A DNA stretch of 64,000 nt from an uncultured virus (IMG/VR IMGVR_UViG_3300023202_000249) (lineage: Duplodnaviria; Heunggongvirae; Uroviricota; Caudoviricetes): the IMG/VR virus record IMGVR_UViG_3300023202_000249; one strand, written 5' to 3'. The position numbers were made by a program, and so were the translations under genes. Of the stretch, positions 45,139-55,701 are shown in pieces. Position 1 is the first letter of the stretch. The number at the start of each line of letters is the position of its first letter. The notes beneath the pieces are model-generated. The model worked only from the letters and a program-made list of their open reading frames with translations, ran no database searches and had not been told where the DNA came from.

Positions 45139-45801
45139 ATGCCTGGACAGGCACAGTTCGAAGAAGAGGTTGGTGGTCAGGTATTCGCCAAGGGCTACCC
45201 CCTCAGCACCATCATGTACCAGGGCAAAAAGGTTGTCCTGCGTCCACTCAAGCAGCCGTTGTACGATACCGAATCGTACCCGAACAGCTCCGTTACCTCG
45301 CGCAAATGGTTCAGCCGCGCGCAGGGTAGCGCCGATGCCTCGGGGGGGATCTCGAGCAAGTCGAAAAGTGAGACAAATCTCACCCAGACGGGACAGCTTT
45401 CCGCGCCAGACACATTTTCCCTCTTTGGCTTCAATGTTGTCATCGAGTACGGTACCACGCTGGCGGACATGCGCCTGATCTTAAATACCGGCGCGTTCGT
45501 CTTCACCTTCACGGGATCTCGGGTCTATCTGGAGATCCCGGTCAACCGGATTCCTGCGGGCATCAAGCCCGAAGGTCCGTTGGCCGCCGATGGCGCGACG
45601 AGCGCGGTGGTATACACCGAAGTACAAAACGGAAGCGGCCACATGTCGAACGTTTATCCGTTCAACATTCGCGACCGTACGCTGTGGATTCAGCCGAACG
45701 AAAACTTCGGCGTCGAAATCACCTATCCGTCCGGCATCACCGTTTCGGCGGCGACGCGCGTTCAGGTTTTCTTAATCGGGATGTTGTACAAGGCCGTCTA
45801 A
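45139..45801 (+). CDS. Putative major capsid protein, single jelly-roll type
   Basis: 220-aa beta-rich protein (QPLYDT, TNLTQTGQL, IQPNENFGVEI, VQVFLIG); strong AAGGAG RBS; flanked by hairpins. The fold is inferred. Confidence 0.6.
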   Translation: MPGQAQFEEEVGGQVFAKGYPLSTIMYQGKKVVLRPLKQPLYDTESYPNSSVTSRKWFSRAQGSADASGGISSKSKSETNLTQTGQLSAPDTFSLFGFNVVIEYGTTLADMRLILNTGAFVFTFTGSRVYLEIPVNRIPAGIKPEGPLAADGATSAVVYTEVQNGSGHMSNVYPFNIRDRTLWIQPNENFGVEITYPSGITVSAATRVQVFLIGMLYKAV

Positions 45802-45820
45802 ACAAGGCGTCTAGACGCGA

Positions 45821-45860
45821 AATGGGATGGGTGTTTATCGCACCCATCCCATTCTTAAAT
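45821..45860 (+). terminator. Strong hairpin after the putative major capsid gene
   Basis: aatgggatgggtg-tttatcg-cacccatcccatt, 13-bp stem. Confidence 0.7.
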
Positions 45861-45899
45861 AACCCGGCTTCGGGGAACCAAACCCGTCAGGAGTCCACC

Positions 45900-46865
45900 G
45901 TGGGAATTTTCAAGAACTACGTCAAAGACCAGCAGGGCAACGTCTATCTCAACCAGTTGCTTCGATACGCTAAGGGAACAATTCTTGTTCCCGCGGATGC
46001 CCGCCAGCCGATTGTCACGTCCACCAATTCAACCAGCGCTCCGGTCATCATCGAAGGACCACAGGATGGCGTTGCGGAACTGTTTGCTTTGTACGGTCAG
46101 CACGGAGGCAGCGATAACAGCGCGGTCACCAACCGGCTTGAGGTGCAAATTACGGATATCATGTGGCGCCGCCGCATGATGAATCGGCACATCCTCGCCG
46201 ATCATATCTTTGGCAATAACCTTCAACAGTTTGAGTTGTTGGAGACCATACTCATGCAAGGCCAGCAAGCGCTTGCATTCGAGTTCCAGAACAACAGCGG
46301 CGTGGGGAGTTCGAATTTCAACTTCGGCGCACGCGCATACAAGATTCAGAACGCGGATCTGTCGCATCGCTACGCAGAGATGCGGTACAACCAGATTCGA
46401 GAGCGGAAAGTCCATCTCTATCCTTACTGGATGACCACCGACAACGCAGTGACGGTAGCCGCCAGTTCGACAGTCAAGGCATTTCTCTCGAATACGACCG
46501 ACATCGAGGTCGCGTTCTTCCAATTGATGGGGCGCGGGCTTAGCACTGGTGCTGCCGGCGATACAACGGAAATGTTCACGGTCAAGATCATCGATCCACA
46601 GACCGAAGATCCGCTACAGTCCGAACCGATCAGCCTCAATAACGGATTCGGCACAGCGAACTTTCCGTATCCGTTGCCGGCACCGATTTTGATGCCGCCC
46701 AATACGCAACTCGAATTGGAAATTACGAACCTGATAACTGACCAGAGCACCGAGGTCTACCTCACTTTCGCCGGCGTGGCCAACTACCTTGGCCTTTCGC
46801 TTGATCGCGTAATGAACAAGGGTCGGGTAACGAAGGCGCCGTTTTTGGTGCAGGGAGCTAACTGA
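45900..46865 (+). CDS. Tandem two-domain beta protein 1 (double jelly-roll-like)
   Basis: GTG start with AGGAG; two related halves; GTANFPYPLPAP...VYLTFAG. Confidence 0.7.
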   Translation: MGIFKNYVKDQQGNVYLNQLLRYAKGTILVPADARQPIVTSTNSTSAPVIIEGPQDGVAELFALYGQHGGSDNSAVTNRLEVQITDIMWRRRMMNRHILADHIFGNNLQQFELLETILMQGQQALAFEFQNNSGVGSSNFNFGARAYKIQNADLSHRYAEMRYNQIRERKVHLYPYWMTTDNAVTVAASSTVKAFLSNTTDIEVAFFQLMGRGLSTGAAGDTTEMFTVKIIDPQTEDPLQSEPISLNNGFGTANFPYPLPAPILMPPNTQLELEITNLITDQSTEVYLTFAGVANYLGLSLDRVMNKGRVTKAPFLVQGAN

Positions 46866-47905
46866 TGCCGACTCGAGGCGACGTCAACAAGATATTCAAG
46901 CCAAGCCCGAACGGCTTTGAGATGCAGACTTGGCGGCGATCCATCAAGCCGTACTGGTTGTATTTTGATGGTCAGGATGGCGCACTGACCTTTTCTGCCG
47001 GCGCGGCCAACAACACGCAACGCCCAAAGTACCGGCAGCAGTCATCTTCGAATAATTGGTTGGATGCATCTCTGCGTACGCCGTTCCTAATCCAGCAGAT
47101 TGTGCATACCGAAAGCGAAAATGGCACGGCCAATAGCAACTTTACGATCCAGATCCGGCAACGCGCGGCCGCTCGAGACCTGATGAGCAGGCCGATCCAT
47201 ATCAGGACTTTTGCCGGTACCGCACAGACGCCAGCACTGTTGCGGGAGCCGTTGCTTTTCCCGTCGAACAGCTTTTTGGATTGCACAATCACGCGCATCG
47301 AGAACACCAATCTGCGCAATCTACGCATGTACCTGTGCGGATCGTTCTACACGCCATGGGCAAACGACCTCACAATAAATCCGGACTGGAAGGCGCGCAT
47401 CGTCGATATCGTCAAGCGATGGGAGGTTCGCAATAGATATGTAATTCCGTACTGGATTACGCCCGACACCGATGTGGAACTAACCGCCGATACTGCGTCC
47501 GAGTTCTTCTTCAAAAACAGCGACGACTCCTGCATCGAGATCTTCGGCGCGACCGCGGTCTCCGACGGCGCCTTCTCCATGGAGATATCCGAAACGCGCA
47601 CGCGTACGTTGCTCCAGAATGGCGTGGTTACCAACACCAACGCGATCGGTAACGCCAACTTTCCGGCGATCTGGCCGACGACGTACCTTCTGTATCCCGG
47701 ATACCGATTGCGATTCAAACTAACCGACCTTTCCAGCAGCGGAAATACCGTCTACTTGACGCTATTTGGGCGCAAGATCTACGCCAAGCCCGACAAGGTA
47801 CTCCAGGTCTTGAAAGACACGGAAGTCGGGACGCCGCAGTCGCCCTCGGATCAGCAGCGCGTCTTCGAAAAGCTTGACTTCCAGTCGCCCGTAGGGAGAA
47901 CGTAA
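46865..47905 (+). CDS. Tandem two-domain beta protein 2
   Basis: PYW...GTAQTPALLREP and PYW...GNANFPAIWP...NTVYLTLFG. Confidence 0.7.
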   Translation: MPTRGDVNKIFKPSPNGFEMQTWRRSIKPYWLYFDGQDGALTFSAGAANNTQRPKYRQQSSSNNWLDASLRTPFLIQQIVHTESENGTANSNFTIQIRQRAAARDLMSRPIHIRTFAGTAQTPALLREPLLFPSNSFLDCTITRIENTNLRNLRMYLCGSFYTPWANDLTINPDWKARIVDIVKRWEVRNRYVIPYWITPDTDVELTADTASEFFFKNSDDSCIEIFGATAVSDGAFSMEISETRTRTLLQNGVVTNTNAIGNANFPAIWPTTYLLYPGYRLRFKLTDLSSSGNTVYLTLFGRKIYAKPDKVLQVLKDTEVGTPQSPSDQQRVFEKLDFQSPVGRT

Positions 47906-48816
47906 TGCGAAATATACTGCATGGGCCACGTCCTACGATAAATCGATTCGCTACGCTGCGCGAACCGCCGGAGCGAGACGGGCGCGTATTGGCGGTGGCC
48001 TCCCAGAAATCGCATGAGCGACCGTTCTTTTTGACCGGGGATCAGCCCGATACGTCGCTGAGCGTATCTGCGGATCTATCCGCTCAGTTCACGATGACCA
48101 ACAGCGGCGACGGTCCAATCGAGATTACTCGTCTGGCCGCGCACCGTACGGGCGCGATGACGGTGCTTCTCTCGCTGGGTAGCGGACGGCAGCCCTTCTC
48201 GCTGATGAATGCGCCGGTCCACATCGATACCATGATGGGCAGCGGCGCCAACCCGTACATCCTGCCCGAGGCACTCTACCTGCATGCCGGCCACAGCCTC
48301 TCAGCGGCGTTCCAGGACGTCTCAGGTAGCGCGAACAACGTCCGGCTGGCTTTCCCTTCAGCCAAATACACCTCGGTCATCTACGATCCACGGCTCGAGG
48401 AGGTAAAGCGGCGATTCCAGGACAAAGAGCGCATGTCGATGCCGTTCTGGTATACATTCAACCAGGGCGCTGTCACGCTTAGTGGAGATGCAAGCAGCCA
48501 AGTACCGATCGACATCAACGGTGGGCATCACTTTCTGCTCACGCATATCAGCGGCACGAGTACGGGCCGGTATTCGCTGAATATTTTGGATGCGTACCGA
48601 AACTTCTCGGTGATCGATGCGCCAGAAGGCACGACGTACCGCATTCCGGATAACCTGATTGTCGGAGACAACAACTATCCCTTCAGGTTTGAGCAGGGCA
48701 TTTTCTTTGAGGAGGGCAGCCGGCTCATTGTGGACATGCTCGATACGAGCGGGAGCAGCAACACCATTTACCTAACCCTCGGCGGGATTGTTCTGGCCGA
48801 CAAAATGTGGAAATAA
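47905..48816 (+). CDS. Tandem two-domain beta protein 3
   Basis: PFF...GSGANPYILPE and PFW...GDNNYPFRF...NTIYLTLGG. Confidence 0.7.
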   Translation: MRNILHGPRPTINRFATLREPPERDGRVLAVASQKSHERPFFLTGDQPDTSLSVSADLSAQFTMTNSGDGPIEITRLAAHRTGAMTVLLSLGSGRQPFSLMNAPVHIDTMMGSGANPYILPEALYLHAGHSLSAAFQDVSGSANNVRLAFPSAKYTSVIYDPRLEEVKRRFQDKERMSMPFWYTFNQGAVTLSGDASSQVPIDINGGHHFLLTHISGTSTGRYSLNILDAYRNFSVIDAPEGTTYRIPDNLIVGDNNYPFRFEQGIFFEEGSRLIVDMLDTSGSSNTIYLTLGGIVLADKMWK

Positions 48817-48819
48817 ACC

Positions 48820-49431
48820 ATGGGTAGAAAAGGCATGGGCGACTTCACGAGCCCGCTTTACAATAAAACCAACAGGCCGCAAGGTCACGCGCCTGCCGGA
48901 CGCGTTGTCCAGCCCACGATACCCGTCGATCCGTCCGATGACTTCACTGAGATGCAGCGGATGCGGGAACTGATATCCCTGCTATGGCAAGAGAAGCATA
49001 TCCAGTTCCTTAAGGAGCGACCGCGCGAAGCGGCAACGTTCATCTCGGGCGGGGATGAGGTATCAGTCTCTTCGTCCAGCACGAGCACGGCGACGACCTT
49101 CACGGTCCCAAACAACTACGCCGGCCAGATTGAACACATTCAATTGATGGTCTTTGCGCCAAGCTTCTATCCCGACATCACGTGGCGTCTAAAGCTCGGT
49201 GGCGCGCTGTACCGGCCGTTTGGCGGCGACGGCGGACTCGTTGTTTCCGAAGGTCTTAACGCCTTTGATTTCTCATTAGAGTTGGTCAGCGGGCAGACCG
49301 TGACCATCGAAGCAGCCAATGGCAACGCCAGTGTCTCGGTGACGGTCGCGGCGCAGGTCAGAGGATGGTATGAGCAACTCACCGAGTGGAAAAGAGAAGA
49401 GTTTGGGCGTACGCCGAAGGGAACCATTTAA
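48820..49431 (+). CDS. Beta-rich virion protein (vertex/penton candidate)
   Basis: MGRKGMGDF start; FTVP...GQTVTIEA...VRGW. Confidence 0.6.
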   Translation: MGRKGMGDFTSPLYNKTNRPQGHAPAGRVVQPTIPVDPSDDFTEMQRMRELISLLWQEKHIQFLKERPREAATFISGGDEVSVSSSSTSTATTFTVPNNYAGQIEHIQLMVFAPSFYPDITWRLKLGGALYRPFGGDGGLVVSEGLNAFDFSLELVSGQTVTIEAANGNASVSVTVAAQVRGWYEQLTEWKREEFGRTPKGTI

Positions 49432-49748
49432 TGGCTGCCAACGATCCACAGCAGAAGTATGTACAAGGCGTTACTGGAGGCGCAAGTATCACCTTCACGC
49501 GTGCGGTTTACGAGATCACCGTGACGGCGGGGAACTTCTCAAGCTCAGACGCGGTGGCGTACATCGAACTCAACGGAACGCCGGCGGCAGCGGCAGCAGC
49601 CGATGACCGCTACAGTTTGCGTGACGGAGAATCGCGTAATATCACAGGCAAGATTACGTCGGTAGGCGTGCGAATGACCGCTGGAACCTGTGACTTGGAG
49701 GTCACAGGGTACGAGACGAAACAAGCCGATGTCGGGAAGGCTGGATAA
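49431..49748 (+). CDS. small beta-rich virion protein
   Basis: TAATG coupling; 105 aa. Confidence 0.7.
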   Translation: MAANDPQQKYVQGVTGGASITFTRAVYEITVTAGNFSSSDAVAYIELNGTPAAAAAADDRYSLRDGESRNITGKITSVGVRMTAGTCDLEVTGYETKQADVGKAG

Positions 49749-50818
49749 TGGCCAGAGGCAAGACGGGGCAAGCGCCTAATTCTAATTCTGATATCGCCAA
49801 TGGGAGCGTAACGTTTGCCAAGCAAGCGTTGTCTGCCCGTGCGCCCCAATATAACCTCATGACCAATCCGCACCTTTGCGAAAATCTTAACGGAACGCCC
49901 TACGACATCGCTTCAGCGGAAGACCAATACGGCGCCGACGGATGGAAGTTTGCGACGGAGAACGATAGCGTAAGGTACAGCAAGACTACTTCCGGCGCGC
50001 CTATCGATGCTGATTGCTCGATGCGAGCGACCAAGCTCACCAATACGGGCAAGGTCATGTTCTACCAATTCCTTGATACGCAGACCGGATTCCAGAGTAA
50101 TCAGTGGGGTAGCACCGGCGTTCAAGTGCAGGTGCGCGCCAGCAAGAGCTTGACATTGCGAGGTGCTTACGTCACCAACGACAATAGCAACGACAACGCC
50201 CCCGATAACCCGCTTGTAGACGTGTGGGGCGGCGATGGCACAGACCCTACACTAAACAACGCCACGCTTTCGGACGAGATCGACCTTGGTGTAACCACAT
50301 CCTGGCAGACGGCTATCTTCGGCGACGGTGCACTGGGCTTGACTAACAAGGGCGTTGCCTTCTTCACCGACGAGCAGGTCGAGGCTGGCGACTGGATAGA
50401 AATTGCGACGCCCCTATGGGTTAACGATCCTACTACACGGCAAGTTCAGATGCCGACGCTTGGCGAGGCCTTGGCGCAGGTCGCTCAGTTCGGAGAAAAG
50501 AGCTATGCCAATGACAATTCTCCCGGCGATGCCACGACCACAGGCCAGCTTCGCGTAATAGTTCCATCGGGCGATACTTTGCTGCACCCTATTCGGTTCA
50601 GGCAGAAGATGGTCAAGACGCCGACCATCGAAATCTATTCACCAGACGATGGTGCGGGCGGAAGCGGTGGAAGCGCCCGACTCTACAATGCGACGGCGGG
50701 CAGCAATGAGACGCCTTCGGTAACGGACATAAGCCAGACCGGCTTTGTCCTCGAGCACAGTGCAGGTGTAGCGGGCGAAGAGTTGAACTTCCATTACGTA
50801 GCGAGGGCCGGGATATGA
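49748..50818 (+). CDS. Spike/fibre-like protein
   Basis: YNLMTNP...YGADGW and EKSY...IRFRQKMVKTPTI resemble phage fibre head domains; MARGKTG start. Confidence 0.65.
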   Translation: MARGKTGQAPNSNSDIANGSVTFAKQALSARAPQYNLMTNPHLCENLNGTPYDIASAEDQYGADGWKFATENDSVRYSKTTSGAPIDADCSMRATKLTNTGKVMFYQFLDTQTGFQSNQWGSTGVQVQVRASKSLTLRGAYVTNDNSNDNAPDNPLVDVWGGDGTDPTLNNATLSDEIDLGVTTSWQTAIFGDGALGLTNKGVAFFTDEQVEAGDWIEIATPLWVNDPTTRQVQMPTLGEALAQVAQFGEKSYANDNSPGDATTTGQLRVIVPSGDTLLHPIRFRQKMVKTPTIEIYSPDDGAGGSGGSARLYNATAGSNETPSVTDISQTGFVLEHSAGVAGEELNFHYVARAGI

Positions 50819-51117
50819 TGATGAGCAATCTTGCCCTCTCTCCTGAGACGCGTTCTGTCTTGGCCGACCAGGTATCCGGATGGAAGGATCGCATCCTCGA
50901 CTGGGAGAGGGAGTACGGCGACCGCACTACCGCGCTACTTATCCTGGGCGCACTTTCGGCGGCGGGTGGCTCGGTGGGGCTGGTCATCGGCGGCGGCAAA
51001 GCGGCTGGTCTTGGAGCATTTGCCCTGCCGCTTGCGGCTGTGGCGCTGGCGACATGGAACGATCAACAGCGTTTTGGACGTCCAATTAGAGGAGCGATGC
51101 TTGATGCTACTGCATGA
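50815..51117 (+). CDS. two-TM membrane protein
   Basis: Two hydrophobic helices. Confidence 0.7.
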   Translation: MMMSNLALSPETRSVLADQVSGWKDRILDWEREYGDRTTALLILGALSAAGGSVGLVIGGGKAAGLGAFALPLAAVALATWNDQQRFGRPIRGAMLDATA

Positions 51118-51250
51118 CCTTACAGGAGGCGAAGACGCCCGCAAGGCAAAAGCATTCCAAGCCTTCGCCGTAGTAGGGCTAGGCCTTGCGGCACTCTGGA
51201 TGGTTCTTTACCTCGGAGAGAAAGCCGCGAAGAGAAAGAGTGTACTATGA
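51104..51250 (+). CDS. small single-TM protein
   Basis: GAGGAG RBS; AFAVVGLGLAALWMVLYLG. Confidence 0.6.
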   Translation: MLLHDLTGGEDARKAKAFQAFAVVGLGLAALWMVLYLGEKAAKRKSVL

Positions 51251-52506
51251 ATAAAGATCTAATCAAAGCTGGTGCGGTGCTTGGAGGCCTTTGGGCCTTG
51301 GGCGCTTATATCCATCATAAAGGTCGGAAACGCATTCAAGATGAAGCCGCGCTCGAAGGACTCGGCGTCGTTCTACCTGGCTCTGGCGCTTCCGATCCCG
51401 GCGGCGTGAAGCAAAGCAGCGAGCCGTCTTCGACGGCAACCATTGTTTTGGATCGCCCAGGCATGCAGGCCGTGGGCGGAACCATTCTCGGCGGCGGCGC
51501 AGGACGCAATCCGCTGAAAAGCGTGAAAGAGGTGTTTATCCCTCAGCCTCGTCCACAACGACAACCTCAGCAGACGCGGCAGGGACCACAAACGCGAAAC
51601 CTGCTTCCACAACGACATCAGACGCAGCAGGGACAACCAGATCGAAGCCTGCTGCCGCAAGGAGTAGGAAACCCCCTTTGCAAGCTTGGTCGCAGCGGAT
51701 GCAACCATGGCACCACACGGGTTCCTGGTCCAAGCCGCGGCCGCGGGACTCCAATTGGAGTCCAACGCCGAATCGTATCGCCCGAGTCGCAACGAGAGCG
51801 AGCAGTATATGCGGGATTCCCCAAGAATAAGAAGAGCACGAAACCAGTTCATCCAGATTGTCGCTGGCAAGATCGCTACGGCGCCGAATGCCGCAGGCGT
51901 GGTGGTCATGCCAGAATGACCCTTATGGGCTGCCCAGAGGACTATCCATGCTGTAATACGGCCAGGTGCAATGTAGACATGGATGACTGGGTGCGTGCCA
52001 ATCCGGACCCCAGCGGCCGCATTGATCCGGACAAGGTGAGGCCTACGCCAAAGCAGGTGAGGCCTGCGCCAAAGCAGAAATCCGTGATCAAAAAAGAGGA
52101 GTGTCTCAGTCAAGGCGGAAAATGGAATCCGCTGGTTGGATGCCTGATGACACAGGCCAAACCTGAACCCAAACCTGAACCCAAACCTGAACCCAAACCT
52201 GAACCCAAACCTGAACCCAAACCTGAACCCAAACCTGAACCCAAACCTGAACCCGATATCGCATCGGTCGCTCCCGATGCGCCCTCGACACCGACGACGC
52301 CGGGTTCATCTTTTGAATTTGTGCCGTTCCAGCCCGATCATCCTATGGACGCCCCGGAGCCAGTCCGATCACAGGAGATGGTTGATTCCAGCAACGGTGT
52401 GACCGTTGAAGGCAATGGCGATACGCCGTCTCCCCAGAAACAGTCGTCCTCTGGAAAATGGATAACCGGTGGACTTGTCGCTTTAATGATGCTGAAAGGC
52501 CTGTAA
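51247..52506 (+). CDS. Pro/Gln-rich membrane protein with a 12-bp (KPEP)x8 repeat at 52158-52254
   Basis: N- and C-terminal hydrophobic segments; LEGLG motif. Confidence 0.8.
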   Translation: MNKDLIKAGAVLGGLWALGAYIHHKGRKRIQDEAALEGLGVVLPGSGASDPGGVKQSSEPSSTATIVLDRPGMQAVGGTILGGGAGRNPLKSVKEVFIPQPRPQRQPQQTRQGPQTRNLLPQRHQTQQGQPDRSLLPQGVGNPLCKLGRSGCNHGTTRVPGPSRGRGTPIGVQRRIVSPESQRERAVYAGFPKNKKSTKPVHPDCRWQDRYGAECRRRGGHARMTLMGCPEDYPCCNTARCNVDMDDWVRANPDPSGRIDPDKVRPTPKQVRPAPKQKSVIKKEECLSQGGKWNPLVGCLMTQAKPEPKPEPKPEPKPEPKPEPKPEPKPEPKPEPDIASVAPDAPSTPTTPGSSFEFVPFQPDHPMDAPEPVRSQEMVDSSNGVTVEGNGDTPSPQKQSSSGKWITGGLVALMMLKGL

Positions 52507-54386
52507 TGTTTGGTGCGCTCGAAAAACTTGGAGCAGGTAGCGCTCAAGACCAGTTTGGGCGAGAGGGCGAGGTGTCAGCGGAGCAAGCGCGGAAACGCCC
52601 TGCGTGGGAAGGACGACTGGACTTTGGTCCGCCAGCGCCGCGCCGAGATCCCGGCTACGACTTCAGCTCGGGTCAGACTTTTGTCGGCCCGGAGCCTGAG
52701 TGGCAAACTACCGAAGGCGGTGGACCACAGCAGCAGCAGTTGCCAAGTCCATCACCTGGCCCCAAGCCGGTGGACCACTTTGACCCTCAAGGCGGCCGAT
52801 TCCAATCGCACGTTACATATGCGCCGCCTGCGAATGTGGACGTTGGGCAGCCCGTAGGGTTCGACTTCTTTCGACGTCCGCAACGTGCGACGTCGCAGAC
52901 TGGTGTACATCAAAGGCGTCAGCAGGAACTTGCCATAGCGGAGCGCCATCGCATCCAGTCTATTTGGGATGTACGCCCCGGAGAAAGTCTTTCCGAATGG
53001 ATGCGGCGCCATAATATCATTGCATACGATGCATCGGTTACCGGCGAAGCGCGCATGCAATTTAATCGCGCCAAGAAGGCGGCCAAATCGATCCGTCCTT
53101 CCCTACCCGAGCAGACGCCCATCGAGAAAGAGCGTGCGCGACTTCAAACCAAGCGCAGCGTCGAAAGAGGGCTTGAGCCACCTCCAGGATCAAGTTTCGC
53201 TACCGATCCGCAGCCCGCACCGCAGCAGGAGCCTGCACCGCAGCAGGAGCCCATACAGGAATCCGAAGATCTCAAGGAGACTGTCCGCGCGACAGAAGAA
53301 CTTCTTGGCCGTGAACTCGCATTGGCCGAGAAAATCCCCGTAGGCGTGATTGACGCCAATGTACGGGTCGGAGCTAAGCAGGCACCGAAGAAGACTCAGA
53401 CACGCATTGCTGCCCGGGTGGCCGAAGCATACGTCCGAACCCTAGACAAGACCGAATCCAGAGAAGCGGCGCATGCGGCGGCCAAGCGCGAGATGGGTCA
53501 GGCTAACATTGCCACAAGAGCACTAAGCGCCGCAGAAAGTACGGTACAGAGCCTGTTCGATGCGATGGGTGTCGATATCACCGTAGGGCGATTTCGAAAG
53601 GAAAAGAAAAGCCCAATAAGTGTTTTCACCGACCCCTTGAATATTCCCACGCCTACGGACGAAGAGCCGGATCAGGCTGCGTCGGACAGGATGGAATGGG
53701 AGGTGCAGTGGGACAAGAAGGGCATAGGCGTTTTCAGCAACCCGCTTGGCATTAATAAGCCTCCTGCCATCGACACCGCATCGATTGAGTCCGAAAACAG
53801 GGCGCCCGCGATAGAGGCGGCATCGATCACGCCTGATAATGTGCCCCCTAAAATTCTTTCGGCTTCGATCGAGCCCGATGAGGAACCCGAGGTCGCGGCG
53901 ATCAATCTGTTCAGCAACCCGCTCGTGATCAATATTCCCGTCGAGCCGGTGGATATCACGGCGGATGTGACGCAGCCCGAGCCGAGCGAAGATGAATTCG
54001 GGCAGTTGCTCCCGCCGCCCCAAGACATCGTCTCGCTCGACACGGCCGAAGATGGTCCGGATGAGTTTGGCACGTTACTCCCGCCACCTCGAGAAGCCGC
54101 GATAGAGCGAGATGATGAACAAGTTAAACAGGAGCGGATTGCCGAGGAAAAACGCCAAGAGCGCATTCGGCAACAGAGGCAAATGGAGCGCGAAATACGC
54201 TCGTCGGAAAATAAGATTGCGCAACTTGAGCATGTCATTCGGATGTCCACCATCGGGCCGGTGGCCGGCAGTGACCTGGAGGCTGATCAACGCGTGCGGG
54301 AAGCGCAACGCCAAATCAAGAGTTTAAAGGTTCAAGTGGCCAATCTTCGGGATAGAATCCCAAGTACAACGGTCGCGCAGAGGTAA
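52506..54386 (+). CDS. Large low-complexity virion-module protein
   Basis: MFGALEKLG start; internal FSNPL repeats; C-terminal coiled coil. Confidence 0.8.
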   Translation: MFGALEKLGAGSAQDQFGREGEVSAEQARKRPAWEGRLDFGPPAPRRDPGYDFSSGQTFVGPEPEWQTTEGGGPQQQQLPSPSPGPKPVDHFDPQGGRFQSHVTYAPPANVDVGQPVGFDFFRRPQRATSQTGVHQRRQQELAIAERHRIQSIWDVRPGESLSEWMRRHNIIAYDASVTGEARMQFNRAKKAAKSIRPSLPEQTPIEKERARLQTKRSVERGLEPPPGSSFATDPQPAPQQEPAPQQEPIQESEDLKETVRATEELLGRELALAEKIPVGVIDANVRVGAKQAPKKTQTRIAARVAEAYVRTLDKTESREAAHAAAKREMGQANIATRALSAAESTVQSLFDAMGVDITVGRFRKEKKSPISVFTDPLNIPTPTDEEPDQAASDRMEWEVQWDKKGIGVFSNPLGINKPPAIDTASIESENRAPAIEAASITPDNVPPKILSASIEPDEEPEVAAINLFSNPLVINIPVEPVDITADVTQPEPSEDEFGQLLPPPQDIVSLDTAEDGPDEFGTLLPPPREAAIERDDEQVKQERIAEEKRQERIRQQRQMEREIRSSENKIAQLEHVIRMSTIGPVAGSDLEADQRVREAQRQIKSLKVQVANLRDRIPSTTVAQR

Positions 54387-54390
54387 AGCC

Positions 54391-54546
54391 ATGTTTGCAG
54401 GACTAGAAAACTTGGGACAGACCCGAATCGCGACGCTTCCGCCGGTGTCACAAAAGACGCAGAATTATGTCATCGGCGCCGTGGCGCTCGCGGTTACCGG
54501 TGCGGTGGCACTCCTGGTTTACAAGCAAATTGTGAGGAAGAAATAA
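54391..54546 (+). CDS. small membrane protein (51 aa)
   Basis: Manual translation MFAGLENLGQ...VIGAVALAVTGAVALLVYKQIVRKK. Confidence 0.75.
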   Translation: MFAGLENLGQTRIATLPPVSQKTQNYVIGAVALAVTGAVALLVYKQIVRKK

Positions 54547-54924
54547 ATGTCTTCGCAATCCTCACTTTACAGTAAATTTGGCATGAGTCCCCCCACACCT
54601 GGATCGTCTGTCGTGAGCTTCGATCCGCTGGCTTCGGTTACGGCCGGACTCAATGCGGTATCGACAGTTGCCGCCGGGATCTTTGGCGCTCAGCAAGGGC
54701 AACGTCAAGCCGAATTAGCACGCGAACAGCTTCGCCAGCAGACACTGCAGGAGCGCGAGGCGAGAATCATGCTATTGCAGCGCCAAGACTTCGCTGCTCA
54801 GCAAGCGGCCTTCGAGGCGTCGCGCGAACTTCGTAATCAGCAGATTCTCGGACTACTAGCCGTGGGACTCGTGGGCGTAACGGTAGCCGGCGGGATCTTT
54901 TACGTAGCGACGAAACGGAGATAG
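54547..54924 (+). CDS. C-anchored membrane protein
   Basis: C-terminal TM plus KRR. Confidence 0.8.
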   Translation: MSSQSSLYSKFGMSPPTPGSSVVSFDPLASVTAGLNAVSTVAAGIFGAQQGQRQAELAREQLRQQTLQEREARIMLLQRQDFAAQQAAFEASRELRNQQILGLLAVGLVGVTVAGGIFYVATKRR

Positions 54925-54928
54925 GGCA

Positions 54929-55147
54929 ATGTTTCAAATTGCCAAGATCTTTGAGGTTCTCAATCAGACGCCGCAAGCGCAGCGCGACTTAAACACGATC
55001 GCGCAGCAGACGCCCCAGATCCGCCAAGACATTCAGCGCGCTGAAGAGGGGGTCAAACAGTTCGCGCTTGCAAGCCTCACGTTACAAGCGATCTCTACCG
55101 CAGCCATCGTCGTTATCGCCACGGCGGCATACAAGCGAGGTAAGTGA
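54929..55147 (+). CDS. C-anchored membrane protein
   Basis: C-terminal TM plus KRGK. Confidence 0.75.
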   Translation: MFQIAKIFEVLNQTPQAQRDLNTIAQQTPQIRQDIQRAEEGVKQFALASLTLQAISTAAIVVIATAAYKRGK

Positions 55148-55701
55148 TGTTCGGGAATCTCGGCGCAGTAGACAGACAAACGCACAAAATAGACAGACAC
55201 TTAAAGCGCATCTTGAGCAACCTGAGCCTGATCAAGATGCGGCTAAGAAGGCTCCGCTCCGCGCCGCAGGCGGAATCCACAAAGATTGACGGCGCGCCTG
55301 CATGGAAACAGATCGAAGTGCTTCAAGCTTTCGTGGATATGCATTTGATTCCAGCATTGCAGAAGGGAGAGGTCAAACGCGTTGAGGATGCGGTTGAGAA
55401 GATGGCGCAGCGCATCGGCGGCATTGAAAGCGGCTGGGGCATCAAGCCCCCGAAAAAGCAAACAAAGCCTGGACCTGGACGCAATGCGACAGAAGGGGAT
55501 TTCGAGCGCCCCTTCATTACTTCACCGGAAGAGCCGGTGGATCATGACGACTTGATGCCGGACTGGGCCAAGAGCCCATTCACGCAGACGCCGGAAAAGG
55601 CTGCGCCTGCGCCAGAGAAGCGCCGCAAGTTCAACTGGCTCCCGATCGCGGCGGTCGGTGGGAGTGTAGCGCTGGTCCTACTCCTTAAGAGGGTGATCTG
55701 A
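55147..55701 (+). CDS. C-anchored membrane protein
   Basis: MFGNLG start; WLPIAAVGGSVALVLLLKR. Confidence 0.8.
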   Translation: MFGNLGAVDRQTHKIDRHLKRILSNLSLIKMRLRRLRSAPQAESTKIDGAPAWKQIEVLQAFVDMHLIPALQKGEVKRVEDAVEKMAQRIGGIESGWGIKPPKKQTKPGPGRNATEGDFERPFITSPEEPVDHDDLMPDWAKSPFTQTPEKAAPAPEKRRKFNWLPIAAVGGSVALVLLLKRVI

